Notes under the pieces: generated by a model
Databases searched by the model: none
Told to the model about the DNA's origin: nothing
Seen by the model: only the letters and a program-made list of their open reading frames with translations
Position numbers and translations under genes: made by a program
Part shown: positions 24,641-36,575 of the stretch, piece after piece
How positions within the stretch are numbered: position 1 is the stretch's first letter
Layout: every line of letters begins with the position of its first letter
Origin: Mobula birostris
Lineage: Eukaryota
Assembly: GCF_030028105.1 (NCBI RefSeq)
Contig: NC_092380.1
Coordinates: forward strand, 22,097,144 to 22,161,143
Direction: 5' to 3'
DNA: 64,000 nucleotides

Positions 24641-25499
24641 GCAGCGTTCAATATTCAACAGAACACCATAGAGCCAACAACAATGGCAGAACATATCCCC
24701 TTCCCACCTGCTCATAGACAGGCCTCCAGACCCTGGACAGACCACCTATAGGCCTCTGTGCTTCAGACAGTGCCCCCCCCAACCCATATTCACAGATATC
24801 GGACCTCACTTCCGGACCCACCGACCAAGGGGCTTCGACCTTCGCTTTCAACCTCTGGACTGTCTGACCTCTGGGCTTCGTCCTCAGCACTTGCTGATCA
24901 TGGACCTCCAGTCCCGGGACTCAGCGGCCCTCGTTCTTGGGACCCCGCAGACAACGAATCTTGGACCTCCATCCTCGGAGGTTGCTGACCTCTGACCTCA
25001 GAGTGCTCTGTCCTGAACTCTGAACTCCAGGCCCTTCACCTGACCCTTTGTACGTGTGTGTATGCATGTGTGCTGGGCCCGAGCAGGTATTCTACTTACC
25101 TACCGATCCCCTGGGCCAAGATGGCTCTGTTGTCCTCCATCTATCCAAACCCTGTGTCTGAGTTTGACCCAGCCATCCGCTGCGTGGTGCCGTGGAGGTC
25201 CATGTTGAGCACCTGCTCAAATTTTACACTATTAGGCTCGTGTAGAGCTGCGCCGTGGCCTTGGAGGTGGTGCTGCATTAATGGAGGGTGAGAGGTCGCG
25301 TTCTGAGAATGGTTTGGCGTGACTTGTGAAAAGTGGACCCTATCACAAAGGCTGATGTTCTCTGCCTGAGGCCTACTGGTGTCAGTCTGGGTCCTGTGTC
25401 CATCCAGCCCGAACAGCCTTGTTGGCAGACAGTGAAACTGTAAAAATCCCAGTGGGAGCCGACAATTAGGAAAGGAATTTAAAGGGAACTCCACAAAAA

Positions 25500-26015
25500 C
25501 ATCAGTGCATAGTTGACAGTTATGTCAAAGATACCGTGCAGTGGTTGGATACAAAATAAGCCCCTCATTACTGGCCCTTCAAACATTCCCAAGGCAGGGA
25601 CAGTGAATGCTAGACACAAGGTAAAGTTCCCTCTGCACTGCCTGGTCACTCTAATCACTCCTGGGTCAGGGATGGCATGGGTTAGATGCAGTGCCAGTGT
25701 CTTACATTGCCTTATCAAATGTTCCTAAGGAAGACTGGATGCAGACCAAATCTCCCTCTACATTGTCCCATCAAACATTCCCGGGATAGGGACATGAAGA
25801 TTGGATGCAGACCAAAGCTCCCTCAACATTGTCCCATCAGACATTCCTGGGATAGAAACACGAAGATTGGATACTGACCAAACCTCCCTCTACACTGTCC
25901 CATCACCCCCCCCACCCCACCCCTGGGATAGGGACAGTGAAGGTTAGATACAGTCGAAAGCTCCCTTTGCATTGTTCCATTAAAAGTTCCTGACGTAGGG
26001 ACAGCACAGGGTGGA
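25500..26015. repeat. Old tandem repeat, about 67-bp unit
   Basis: Recurring ...aaagctccctc.acattgtcccatcaaacattcc.gggatagggaca...ttggat.cag, about 7 diverged copies. Confidence 0.7.
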
Positions 26016-26644
26016 GAGAGATGTTTGAAGTTATCATTCACAAGTCACCGGGATGGAGGAATCTGCCATTTCATCCCTTGGTGATCAATGGGCAGAAACA
26101 ATGCAGTGACTGGACCCATGGCCCTGACTTATTTCTCGGTCCTCATGATTCTCCCGGAGTCTTACAGCAGGGAAGCAGGCTGTTTGGCCCACCAAGTCCG
26201 CACTGGCCAGCGGGCACCCATCCCATCGGGCATTCACTGAACAGGGATGACAGGAGGCCTCTGGGAATTTAGAAGAAAGATTTCTTTCTATTAAAGTACC
26301 TCAGCTTTAGTGGTTGTGTGTAGATTGAAACATACAGTAAAATGCATCATCTTGCATCAAGTCAAATCAGCAAGTAAGGTTCTGAGCAGACCACATTGCC
26401 GCGATTCCAGCGCCAATGTAGCATGCCCATAATTCACTAACCCTAACCTGTACGTTACTGGAATGTGGGGGTACCCGGAGGAAACAGGAGAACATGGAAG
26501 CTCCTTACAGACAGTGGCGGGACTTGAACCCCTGAGCAGAAATCACTGGCACAGTAAAGCCACTGAGCTTGACGCTACTGTCCGGTGCCGCCCTATCGTC
26601 GATGGTCGGAGGCTGAGGGCTGGGACCCTGTTACTGCAGTCGAC

Positions 26645-27045
26645 TGGCTGCGAGAGCCTTTCCCATTCCTCACCCGCACCCCCTGACTGTGAGAGCCTTT
26701 CCCATTCCTCCCCACCATCTCCTCTCCCCCCCGACTGTGAGAGCCTTTCCCATTCCTCACCCCCACCCCCTGACTGTGAGAGCCTTTCCCATTCCTCCCC
26801 ACCATCTCCTCTTCCCCCCAACTGTGAGAGCCTTTCCCATTCCTCCCCACCATCTCCTCTCCCCACCAACTGCGAGAGCCTTTCCCATTCCTCACCCCCA
26901 CCCCCTGACTGTGAGAGCCTTTCCCATTCCTCCCCACCATCTCCTGTCCCCCCGACTGTGAGAGCCTTTCCCATTCCTCCCCACCATCTCCTCTCCCCCC
27001 CAACTGTGAGAGCCTTTCCCATTCCTCCCCACCATCCCCCCACCC
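26645..27045. repeat. C-rich minisatellite with alternating 39- and 48-bp units
   Basis: ctgtgagagcctttcccattcctc core repeated about 9 times. Unit lengths are mostly divisible by 3, giving the CESLSHSSPP ORFs. Confidence 0.9.
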
Positions 27046-27506
27046 CCGAAGCCCAGATGTGCGGCTGGTAATCGTACGGTCGCAACAGCTGGCCTGTGCA
27101 AAATCGGCCAGGCGCAGTTGAGATTTGTGACCTACTTTTGAATGGCATTGTGGGCTGTCGTTATGCTAACAGGTGAAGATCATTTATTGAAATTAAGGAC
27201 CTTTAAATGGCTCTGGGATGTGAAACAGGAGGTGTTTCTGTCACATTAGTCTGTGTTTCTGTTAAGTATTCAGTAAAGAGTACCGGAGTGTGTGAGACCG
27301 TTTTTGCCTTAGCAAAACTTTGCAGTATAATTATATAATTTCCAGGCTGAGTTTGGGTTATGTTTGGAGAGGGCCCTTCTCTCCCTGATTTTCAGATTTG
27401 GGTTTATTTATCACGAGTACATCGAAACATACAGTGAAATTCAAGCCACACACATCAAAGTTGCTGGTGAACGCAGCAGGACAGGCAGCATCTCAAGGAA
27501 GAGGTA

Positions 27507-27545
27507 CAGTCGACGTTTCGGGCCAAGACCCTTCGTCAGGATTAA
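27507..27545 (-). ncRNA. Minimal type-I hammerhead ribozyme motif with intact core, within a solo Penelope pLTR (about 27437-27560)
   Basis: Minus strand reads UAAUC CUGACGA A GGGU-CUUG-GCCC GAAA CGUC^GACUG. Full core, G-C closing stem II, GUC cleavage triplet, one stem I mismatch. Confidence 0.75.
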
Positions 27546-29164
27546 CTGAAAGAAGAGGTAGCAGCAACAACAACAAAACAAGCCCCATGTCTCCCTCCCT
27601 CCCACCCACCCACCAATGCACATACACGGCCCTCTAACCCCAGCAGTTTTGTGAACTCACAGACTTTCCTAAGGGACCCGCAGAGATTTGCAGACTCAGG
27701 CTCTGAAAATTGAGCCTTGACTTATGGATCTCCGCTCGGCCTCCCAGCCTCGACCTTCAATATGGACCCAGGTGATGATGATGGAGCACCCGAAGTCCAG
27801 GCTGCTCCTGAGGCCCCTCAGTCTCTGGAGTTTCTTCTCTGCCTGCTGTTCTTCTCGAAATCCACCTCCTCTAGCCAAGCTTTTGGCCACCTGCCCAAAT
27901 TTCGCACGTGCTAGCTCACATGCACTCCCGCTGAAGGTCTGGGGAGTGTTTTAGAGGTGCTGCGTAAATGCAGGGTGAGAGGTCCCATTCTGAGATGGGC
28001 TTTCAGGTGAAGATTGGGTCACCGACACTTTAAAAAAAAATTTAATCTTTATTTTAAAGATGCATCACAGTAATAAGCCCTTCTGGCCCACCGAGCCCAC
28101 ACCACCCATTAACAGTCATGTGACCAATTACCCAACTGACCCATATGTCTTTGTAATGTGGGGAGAAGGCCAAGCAGACGCGGGGAGAATGCACAATCTC
28201 CTTACAGGCGCTGTAATAGTATTACTACTCTTATCATTCCTCCCCTCAGGCAGACCCCTGGCACTGGAGGTCATAGGTTTAGGGTGAAAGGTGAAATATT
28301 GAAGGGAAATCTGAGGGGGAACTTCTTCACTCCAGAGGGTGGAGCGAGTTGCTTGTAACATTGAGGAAAAATTCAGATGGCCACATGGATGGGGAGGGGT
28401 TTGGAGGGATATAGTCTGGTGTGGGTAGATGGGACAAAGGAGAAGACTGGGCTGGTGCAAACCAGATGGGCAGAAGGACCCGTGTTATGTGCTGCTTTGG
28501 TTGATGACTCGATAACTTTATGGTCCTGGTGGGTTTTTGTAAAATTTGTGAAGTGGGGTGATTAATGTTGTCTTGCAGGAAACTCATTGTCTTGTTAGTC
28601 CACACCTCATCTTTTGTTCTCAGTTCTAGTTGCCACCATGTGTACAGTGCCAGGTTGAGACATGTATCTGGCTGGAAAGCAAGCAGCCAAATACCCTTCT
28701 TAAAGAGTGTTTTTATCAGGAAACAATCATTATTTAAAGAACTGAGACGACTTCTGACAGAAAGTTCCTCTCGTAATTTCACCTGTCATGTTCACTAAGT
28801 AGAGGGTAGTTACGTGCCCAACTGCAACACTGTATGGTATCGGGGTTGGGGGCACTGCACAGGATCAAAATAAGCTGTGAAAAGTTACAAGATCAGTCAG
28901 TAGCCTCCCAGCGACCAGGACATCTTCAAGGAGCGATTCCTTAGAAGGCCGGCGTCCATCATTAACTGAGCACACACCCTCTTCTCACGGCTACCATCAG
29001 GGAGGAAGTACAGGAGCCTGAAGGCACACACTCAACGATTCAGGAACAGCTTCTTCCCCTCTGCCATCTGATTTCTGAATGAACACTGAACACTACCTCA
29101 CTATTTTTTTCTCTCTCTTTGCACTATTTATTTAATTTAAATTTTTTTAAAAAAGCACACACAC

Positions 29165-29565
29165 TTCTTCCAAGAGAACCACAATGTTGTTGTGTTTTGG
29201 AGGCTTGCATGCCTGAATGACCCAGTGAGCTATGTCAGATGAAGTCGTGCCAAGTGCCCTGGCTCTTTGGCAGGGTCACTCATGCCAAACAGGTCTAAGG
29301 GTAGAGGCCAGACTAAGAGCAGTCCACCAATCCTCCAGGTTTTGGGGGGGATTCAGCTCGGTAACAACCCTGACTGGTAAAACAAAATTGTTATGGAAAC
29401 AGCAATGAAGAATCCTTCTACATTTGAGTGCGACGGTATTCCTGAGTCTCCACCTGGGAACTGCATGACTGACAGTAGTGAAAACCAAGCTACTGATGCG
29501 GTGAAGGGAGCCCTGAACACTGCCAGATATGAAGGATCTTCATTGCTGCTCTGCCAGCAGTGTTA
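29165..29565 (+). mobile_element. Bipartite non-autonomous RTE-derived element
   Basis: RTE-type 5' UTR joined to the same 3' tail as the RTE fragment at 30195-30560. Further copies at 45945-46320 and 52480-52897. Confidence 0.65.
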
Positions 29566-30194
29566 CGAACAGCAGAGAGATACGCAGGCACTTACTGTAA
29601 TTTACAGTATTCTTAAGTTTTGCAATGTATTGCTGCTGCATACCAACAAAGTTTACGACATATGCCACTGATTTTAAACCATAATCTATTGCTCTCACAG
29701 CGTGCTATCACCAGTCAGGGAAATTTGCTGACGATTGACTTTCTGCTTGTTTTTAACGTGGCTTTTGTTGTGTTGTGCGAGGTGTGAATTTGGCACACAG
29801 TTGCAAGGCAGAGTCTCGTGATCAAACAATGCTGCAGATGCTGGAAACCCGAGATACAAACGGAAAATGCTGGGAAGTCTCGGCAGGTCAGGCAGTGCTT
29901 GTGAAGAGGTGAGGGGAGCTTCAAGCCAAAGACCCTTTCTCAGAACTGGTGATGAGATGAAAGTGGAGGGACGGGGGGGGAGGGGTGTGGGGTAGAAAAG
30001 AAAAGTTCCAAGATACTGCTGGTGATATACGGCGACGTTTAGCGGGCAGCCCACAAAGCTACTAGATATTCTTTTAGATAATGGTTTTGAAGTGACAATC
30101 ACTGCAATCTGCAGCCTGTAATTTCCCTTTAAGAAGCGGACTTTTGAACCCTACAGACGAACTACGGGTCAGAATGCTGGCGCCTGACAGAGAG

Positions 30195-30560
30195 CAAACT
30201 TGCCAGGCTTGTTGTCCTTCCACACCATGAGCCTCCGGAAGATGCTCCGTACTTTCTGGCCAAGAAAGATCTCCAACCACACCATACTCCTTCAGTGTCA
30301 TCAAGAGGACACGGCCACAATCATGAGGAAACGTTGGAGGTGGACTGGGCACGTGATGAGAGGAGAGGCCAACTCCATCACTTCGTTGGGCCCCTGAAGG
30401 ACGGAGGAAATGCAGGACACCGAAGACAGCTGGGCGTCGAACTGCAGAGGCAGAAATGAGGTGAACCACTCCTGGGGCACAAAAGAGAGGACGGCCAAGG
30501 ACAGACCGAGATGGAGGACCTTCATTGCTGCCCTAAATGCCAGTGACATAACAGGCAGTA
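30195..30560 (+). mobile_element. RTE-clade LINE 3' fragment
   Basis: SFHTMSLRKMLRTFWPRKISN...RKRWRWTGHVMR, the RTE RT C-terminal signature (LR.I.W....+N; RW.GHV.R). Confidence 0.75.
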
Positions 30561-31324
30561 ATTAAGTGAACTTGTGATTTTTTTTTACAGTCTCCTGAAG
30601 TACTCAGCAAACTTGACTCTCGGGAAGTGGATAAAGTGCGACCATCATTAGCGAAGGGAGGCTGGGCCAGGCATCAAGCCAGATTAAAGCGTGGAGGCCG
30701 GAGAGCGGATAATGAACTGGTGTTCGCTATCCGTGCCAGTCGAGATTCGCCCCCCCCCCCCGGCCTGCATTTGACCGGTCCCCTCGCTAACCATTGGGCA
30801 GGAGCGTTGAGTCTCACGCCGCCGAGGTCAGGAGCAGGAGCACTGAACTCACTCTTGCAGCTGTGGGCACAGTTTTGGGGACTCTGCAGTTAACATTCCC
30901 AGAAATACTTACTTAACGTTTTATTATTTATACGATGGTTGATTGTCGGTCTCTGTTATGTATGGTTTCTCGTGATTTCTATTCTACTTCGTTGTTTTCC
31001 TGTGGGTGCCTGAAAAAAAAATCTCTAAGTTGTATATGATACGCATAGTTTATTAATTAATTTACTTTGATGCTTGACCTTTAAAAGTGGTGTCTCTGAT
31101 GGTGAGGACAGGGTTGTTGTATGGTTAAGTTGTGGAGTTATCTGACTGATGGGTACATTAGAGGGAGTGAAAGTGAGAGACGAAATGGATAGTTGAGGAT
31201 ACCACAGACAGAGAGGGATGGCAAATTAAAGCAACAGGTCCCAGAAATGTAGAGAAGATGGCATTGTGAGCAGTGAACAGCGAAGAGAGTACTTGGTGAA
31301 TGGGGGGGTGGCGGGGGGAGATGG

Positions 31325-34300
31325 CACTGTGATCAGTGAGCAGACTGGAGACTGAACTGTGATCGATGAACAGGGAGAGAGACTGAACTGTGATCGGTGA
31401 GCGGGGAAGAGACTGAACTGTGATTGGTGAACGGGGAGAGAGACTGAACTGTGATCAGTGAGCAGACTGGAGACTGAACTGTGAGTGGGGAGAGACTGAA
31501 CTGTGATCGGTGAACGGGGAGAGAGACTGAACTGTGATCGATGAACAGGGAGAGAGACTGAACTGTGATCGGTGAGCGGGGAAGAGACTGAACTGTGATT
31601 GGTGAACGGGGAGAGAGACTGAACTGTGATCAGTGAGCAGACTGGAGACTGAACTGTGAGTGGGGAGAGACTGAACTGTGAACGGGGAGAGAGACTGAAC
31701 TGTGATCGGTGAACGGGGACAGAGACTGAACTGTGAGCGGGGGGGAGAGACTGAACTGTGATCGGTGAACGGGGAGAGAGTGAACTGTGATCAGTGAACA
31801 GGGAGAGAGTGAACTGATCGATGAACGGGGACAGAGACTGAACTGTGATCGGTGAGCGGGGAGAGACTGAACTGTGAGCGGGGAGAGACTGAACTGTGAT
31901 TGGTGAACGGGGAGAGAGACTGAACTGTGATCGGTGAACAGACTGGAGACTGAACTGTGAGCGGGGAGAGACTGAACTGTGATTGGTGAACGGGGAGAGA
32001 GACTGAACTGTGATCGGTGAACAGACTGGAGACTGAACTGTGAGCGGGGAGAGACTGAACTGTGATCGGTGAACGGAGAGAGACTGAACTGTGATCGGTG
32101 AACGGAGAGAGACTGAACTGTGATCGGTGAACGGGGAGAGACTGAACTGTGATCGGTGAACGGGGAGAGACTGAACTGTGATCGGTGAACGGGGGGAGAG
32201 ACTGAACTGTGATCGGTGAACGGGGGGAGAGACTGAACTGTGATCGGTGAACCGGGGTGGGGGGGGCGGGAGAGACTGAACTGTGATCAGTGAACGGGGA
32301 GAGACTGAATTGTGAACAGGGAGAGACTGAATTGTGAACGGGGAGAGAGACTGAACTGTGATTGGTGAACGGGGGGGAGAGACTGAACTGTGATCGGTGA
32401 ACGGGGGGGAGAGACTGAACTGTGATCGGTGAACGGGGGGAGAGACTGAACTGTGATCGGTGAACGGGGAGAGAGACTGAACTGTGATCGGTGAACAGAC
32501 TGGAGACTGAACTGTGAGCGGGGAGAGACTGAACTGTGATCGGTGAGCGGGGGGAGAGACTGAACTGTGATCGGTGAACGGAGAGAGACTGAACTGTGAT
32601 CGGTGAACGGAGAGAGACTGAACTGTGATCGGTGAACGGGGAGAGACTGAACTGTGAACGGGGAGAGACTGAACTGTGATCGGTGAACGGGGGGAGAGAC
32701 TGAACTGTGATCGGTGAACCGGGGTGGGGGGGGCGGGAGAGACTGAACTGTGATCAGTGAACGGGGAGAGACTGAATTGTGAACAGGGAGAGACTGAATT
32801 GTGAACGGGGAGAGAGACTGAACTGTGATTGGTGAACGGGGGGGAGAGACTGAACTGTGATCGGTGAACGGGGGGGAGAGACTGAACTGTGATCGGTGAA
32901 CGGGGGGAGAGACTGAACTGTGATCGGTGAACGGGGAGAGAGACTGAACTGTGATCGGTGAACAGACTGGAGACTGAACTGTGAGCGGGGAGAGACTGAA
33001 CTGTGATCGGTGAGCGGGGGGAGAGACTGAACTGTGATCGGTGAACGGAGAGAGACTGAACTGTGATCGGTGAACGGAGAGAGACTGAACTGTGATCGGT
33101 GAACGGGGAGAGACTGAACTGTGAACGGGGAGAGACTGAACTGTGATCGGTGAGCGGGGGGAGAGACTGAACTGTGATCGGTGAACGGAGAGAGACTGAA
33201 CTGTGATCGGTGAACGGGGAGAGACTGAACTGTGATCGGTGAACGGGGAGAGACTGAACTGTGATCGGTGAACGGGGAGAGACTGAACTGTGATCGGTGA
33301 ACGGGGAGAGACTGAACTGTGATCGGTGAACGGAGAGAGACTGAACTGTGATCGGTGAACGGGGAGAGACTGAACTGTGATCGGTGAACGGGGAGAGACT
33401 GAACTGTGATCGGTGAACGGGGAGAGACTGAATTGTGAACAGGGAGAGACTGAATTGTGAACGGGGAGAGAGACTGAACTGTGATTGGGGAACGGGGAGA
33501 GAGACTGAACTGTGATTGGTGAACGGGGGGGAGAGACTGAACTGTGATCGGTGAGCAGACGGGAGACTGAACTGTGATTGGTGAGCAGACGGGAGACTGA
33601 ACTGTGATTGGTGAGCAGACGGGAGACTGAACTGTGATCGGTGAACGGGGGAGACTGAACTGTGATCGGTGAACGGGGGGGAGAGACTGAACTGTGATCG
33701 ATGAGCGGGGGAGACGGACCTGTGATCGGTGAACGGGGGGGAGAGACTGAACTGTGATCGGTGAACGGGGGGGAGAGACTGAACTGTGATCGGTGAACGG
33801 GGGGGAAAGACTGAACTGTGATCGGTGAACGGGGGGGGAGAGACTGAACTGTGATTGGTGAACGGGGGGGGAGAGACTGAACTGTGATTGGTGAACGGGG
33901 GGGAGAGACTGAACTGTGATCGGTGAGCAGATGGGAGACTGAACTGTGATCGGTGAACGGGGGGGAGAGACTGAACTGTGATCTGTGAACGGAGAGAGAC
34001 TGAACTGTGATCGGTGAACGGGGAGAGACTGAACTGTGATCGGTGAACGGGGAGAGACTGAATTGTGAACAGGGAGAGACTGAATTGTGAACGGGGAGAG
34101 AGACTGAACTGTGATTGGTGAACGGGGAGAGAGACTGAACTGTGATTGGTGAACGGGGGGGAGAGACAACTGTGATCGGTGAGCAGACGGGAGACTGAAC
34201 TGTGATCGGTGAGCAGACGGGAGACTGAACTGTGATCGGTGAGCAGACGGGAGACTGAACTGTGATCGGTGAGCAGACGGGAGACTGAACTGTGATCGGT

Positions 34301-35485
34301 GAGCAGACGGGAGACTGAACTGTGATCGGTGAGCAGACGGGAGACTGAACTGTGATCGGTGAACGGGGGAGACTGAACTGTGATCGGTGAACGGGGGGGG
34401 AGAGACTGAACTGTTATCGATGAGCGGGGGAGACTGAACTGTGATCGGTGAACGGGGGGGAGAGACTGAACTGTGATCGGTGAACGGAGAGAGACTGAAC
34501 TGTGATCGGTGAACGGGGAGAGACTGAACTGTGATCGGTGAACGGGGAGAGACTGAACTGTGATCGGTGAACGGGGAGAGACTGAACTGTGATCGGTGAA
34601 CGGAGAGAGACTGAACTGTGATCAGTGAACGGGGAGAGACTGAACTGTGATCGGTGAACGGGGAGAGACTGAACTGTGAACAGGGAGAGACTGAATTGTG
34701 AACGGGGAGAGAGACTGAACTGTGATTGGTGAACGGGGAGAGAGACTGAACTGTGATTGGTGAACGGGGGGGAGAGACTGAACTGTGATCGGTGAGCAGA
34801 CGGGAGACTGAACTGTGATCGGTGAGCAGACGGGAGACTGAACTGTGATCGGTGAGCAGACGGGAGACTGAACTGTGATCGGTGAGCAGACGGGAGACTG
34901 AACTGTGATCGGTGAGCAGACGGGAGACTGAACTGTGATTGGTGAGCAGACGGGAGACTGAACTGTGAACGGGGGAGACTGAACTGTGATCGATGAGCGG
35001 GGGAGACTGAACTGTGATCGGTGAACGGGGGGGAGAGACTGAACTGTGATCGGTGAACGGGGGGGAGAGACTGAACTGTGATCGGTGAACGGGGGGGAAA
35101 GACTGAACTGTGAACGGGGGGGGGAGACTGAACTGTGATTGGTGAACGGGGGGGAGAGACTGAACTGTGATTGGTGAACGGGGGGGAGAGACTGAACTGT
35201 GATCGGTGAGCAGATGGGAGACTGAACTGTGATCGGTGAACGGGGGGGAGAGACTGAACTTGATTGGTGAACGGGGGGGAGAGACTCAACTGTGATCAGT
35301 GAACGGGGGGGGAGAGACTCAAATGTGATCGGTGAATGGGGGGGAGAGACTGAACTGTGATCGGTGAGCAGACGGGAGACTGAACTGTGATCGGTGAACG
35401 CGGGGGAGAGACTGAACTGTGATCGGTGAATGGGGGGGAGAGACTGAACTGTGATCGGTGAACAGGGAGACACTGAACTGTGAGC
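31325..35485. repeat. Purine-rich minisatellite, about 29-33-bp unit with short variants, about 4.1 kb
   Basis: Unit GAGACTGAACTGTGATCGGTGAAC(G)n with GAGCAGACGG variants; degenerate units on both flanks. Confidence 0.97.
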
Positions 35486-35619
35486 ATTGAGGGGAGGGGG
35501 GACTGCACTCTGAATGGTGAACAGAGGGGAGACCGCGCCTAAATGGTGAACTTAGGGAAGATCACGCTCTGAACAATGAACGCAGGGGAGGCCGCACGTA
35601 AATGGTGAACTCTTTAAAT

Positions 35620-36575
35620 ATACGAAGAAAAAAAACTTCTGGTATCCTATTTTATATTATTGGCCAGCTTACCTTTATATTTTGCTTTTTTAGTTGTCTT
35701 CAATTGTTTTTTTAAAGTTTCTCAAACCTCTAGCTTCATACTAATTTTTTGTTCTATTATATGCGCTCTCTTTTCTTTTTATTCTGTCTTTGACTTGCCT
35801 CATCACCCCTTTAGAATGCTTCTTCTCTTTGGGATGTATCTATCCTGCTCCTTCTGAATTGCCCCCAGAAACTCCAGCCACGGCTGTTCTGCTGTCATCC
35901 CTGCCAGTGTCTCCTTCCCATCAACTTTTGCCATCTCCTCTCTCGTGCCTCTGTAGTTCCCTTTATTCCACTGTCATATTGATACATCTTCTCCCTCTCA
36001 AACTGCAGGGTTCTCCTAAGGGTTCCTTTACTTTCAGCTCCCTAATCAAATCTTGTTCATTACACAACACCCAATCCAGAATTGCCATTCCCCTAGTGGG
36101 CTCAACCACAAGGTGCTCTAAAAAGTCATCTTGTAATCTTTCAACAATTCTGTCTCTTGGGATCCAGTACCAACCTGATTTTCCCAATCTACCTGCATAT
36201 TGAAATCTCCCATGACTATTATAATACTGGCCTTTTAACATGCCTTTTCTATCTCCCATTATAGCCCACATACTGGGTACTGTTCGGAGGCCTGTATATA
36301 ACTCCCATCAGAGTCCCTTTACTCTTGCATTTTCCTAAGTCTACCCACAAAGATCCAACATCTATTGATCCTGTGTCACCCCTTTATAAGAATCTGAATG
36401 TATTTTTTACCAACAGAGCCACCCCACCCCTTCTACCTACCTGTCTGTCCTTTTGATACAGTGTGTATCCTTGGATGTTAAGCTCCCAACTATGACTTTC
36501 TTTCATCCATGACTCAGTGATGCCCACAACGTCACACCTGCCCATCTCTAACTGTGCAATAAATCATATACCTTC
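35620..36575 (-). mobile_element. CR1-clade LINE endonuclease-region fragment; probably continues at about 38650-39300
   Basis: Minus-strand peptide LQDDFLEHLVVEPTRGMAILDWVLCNEQDLIRELKVKEPLG, the APE endonuclease C-terminus of CR1 ORF2. Confidence 0.8.

Noticed and set aside
26463-27148. 202-aa and 201-aa ORFs
   Set aside because: Products of the 39/48-bp minisatellite plus SINE sequence.
17082-35485. CRISPR-like appearance of the regular arrays
   Set aside because: There are no unique spacers and no cas genes, and the context is vertebrate; these are head-to-tail tandem repeats.
32754-35508. SPITVQSLP-repeat ORFs
   Set aside because: Translation of the second minisatellite.
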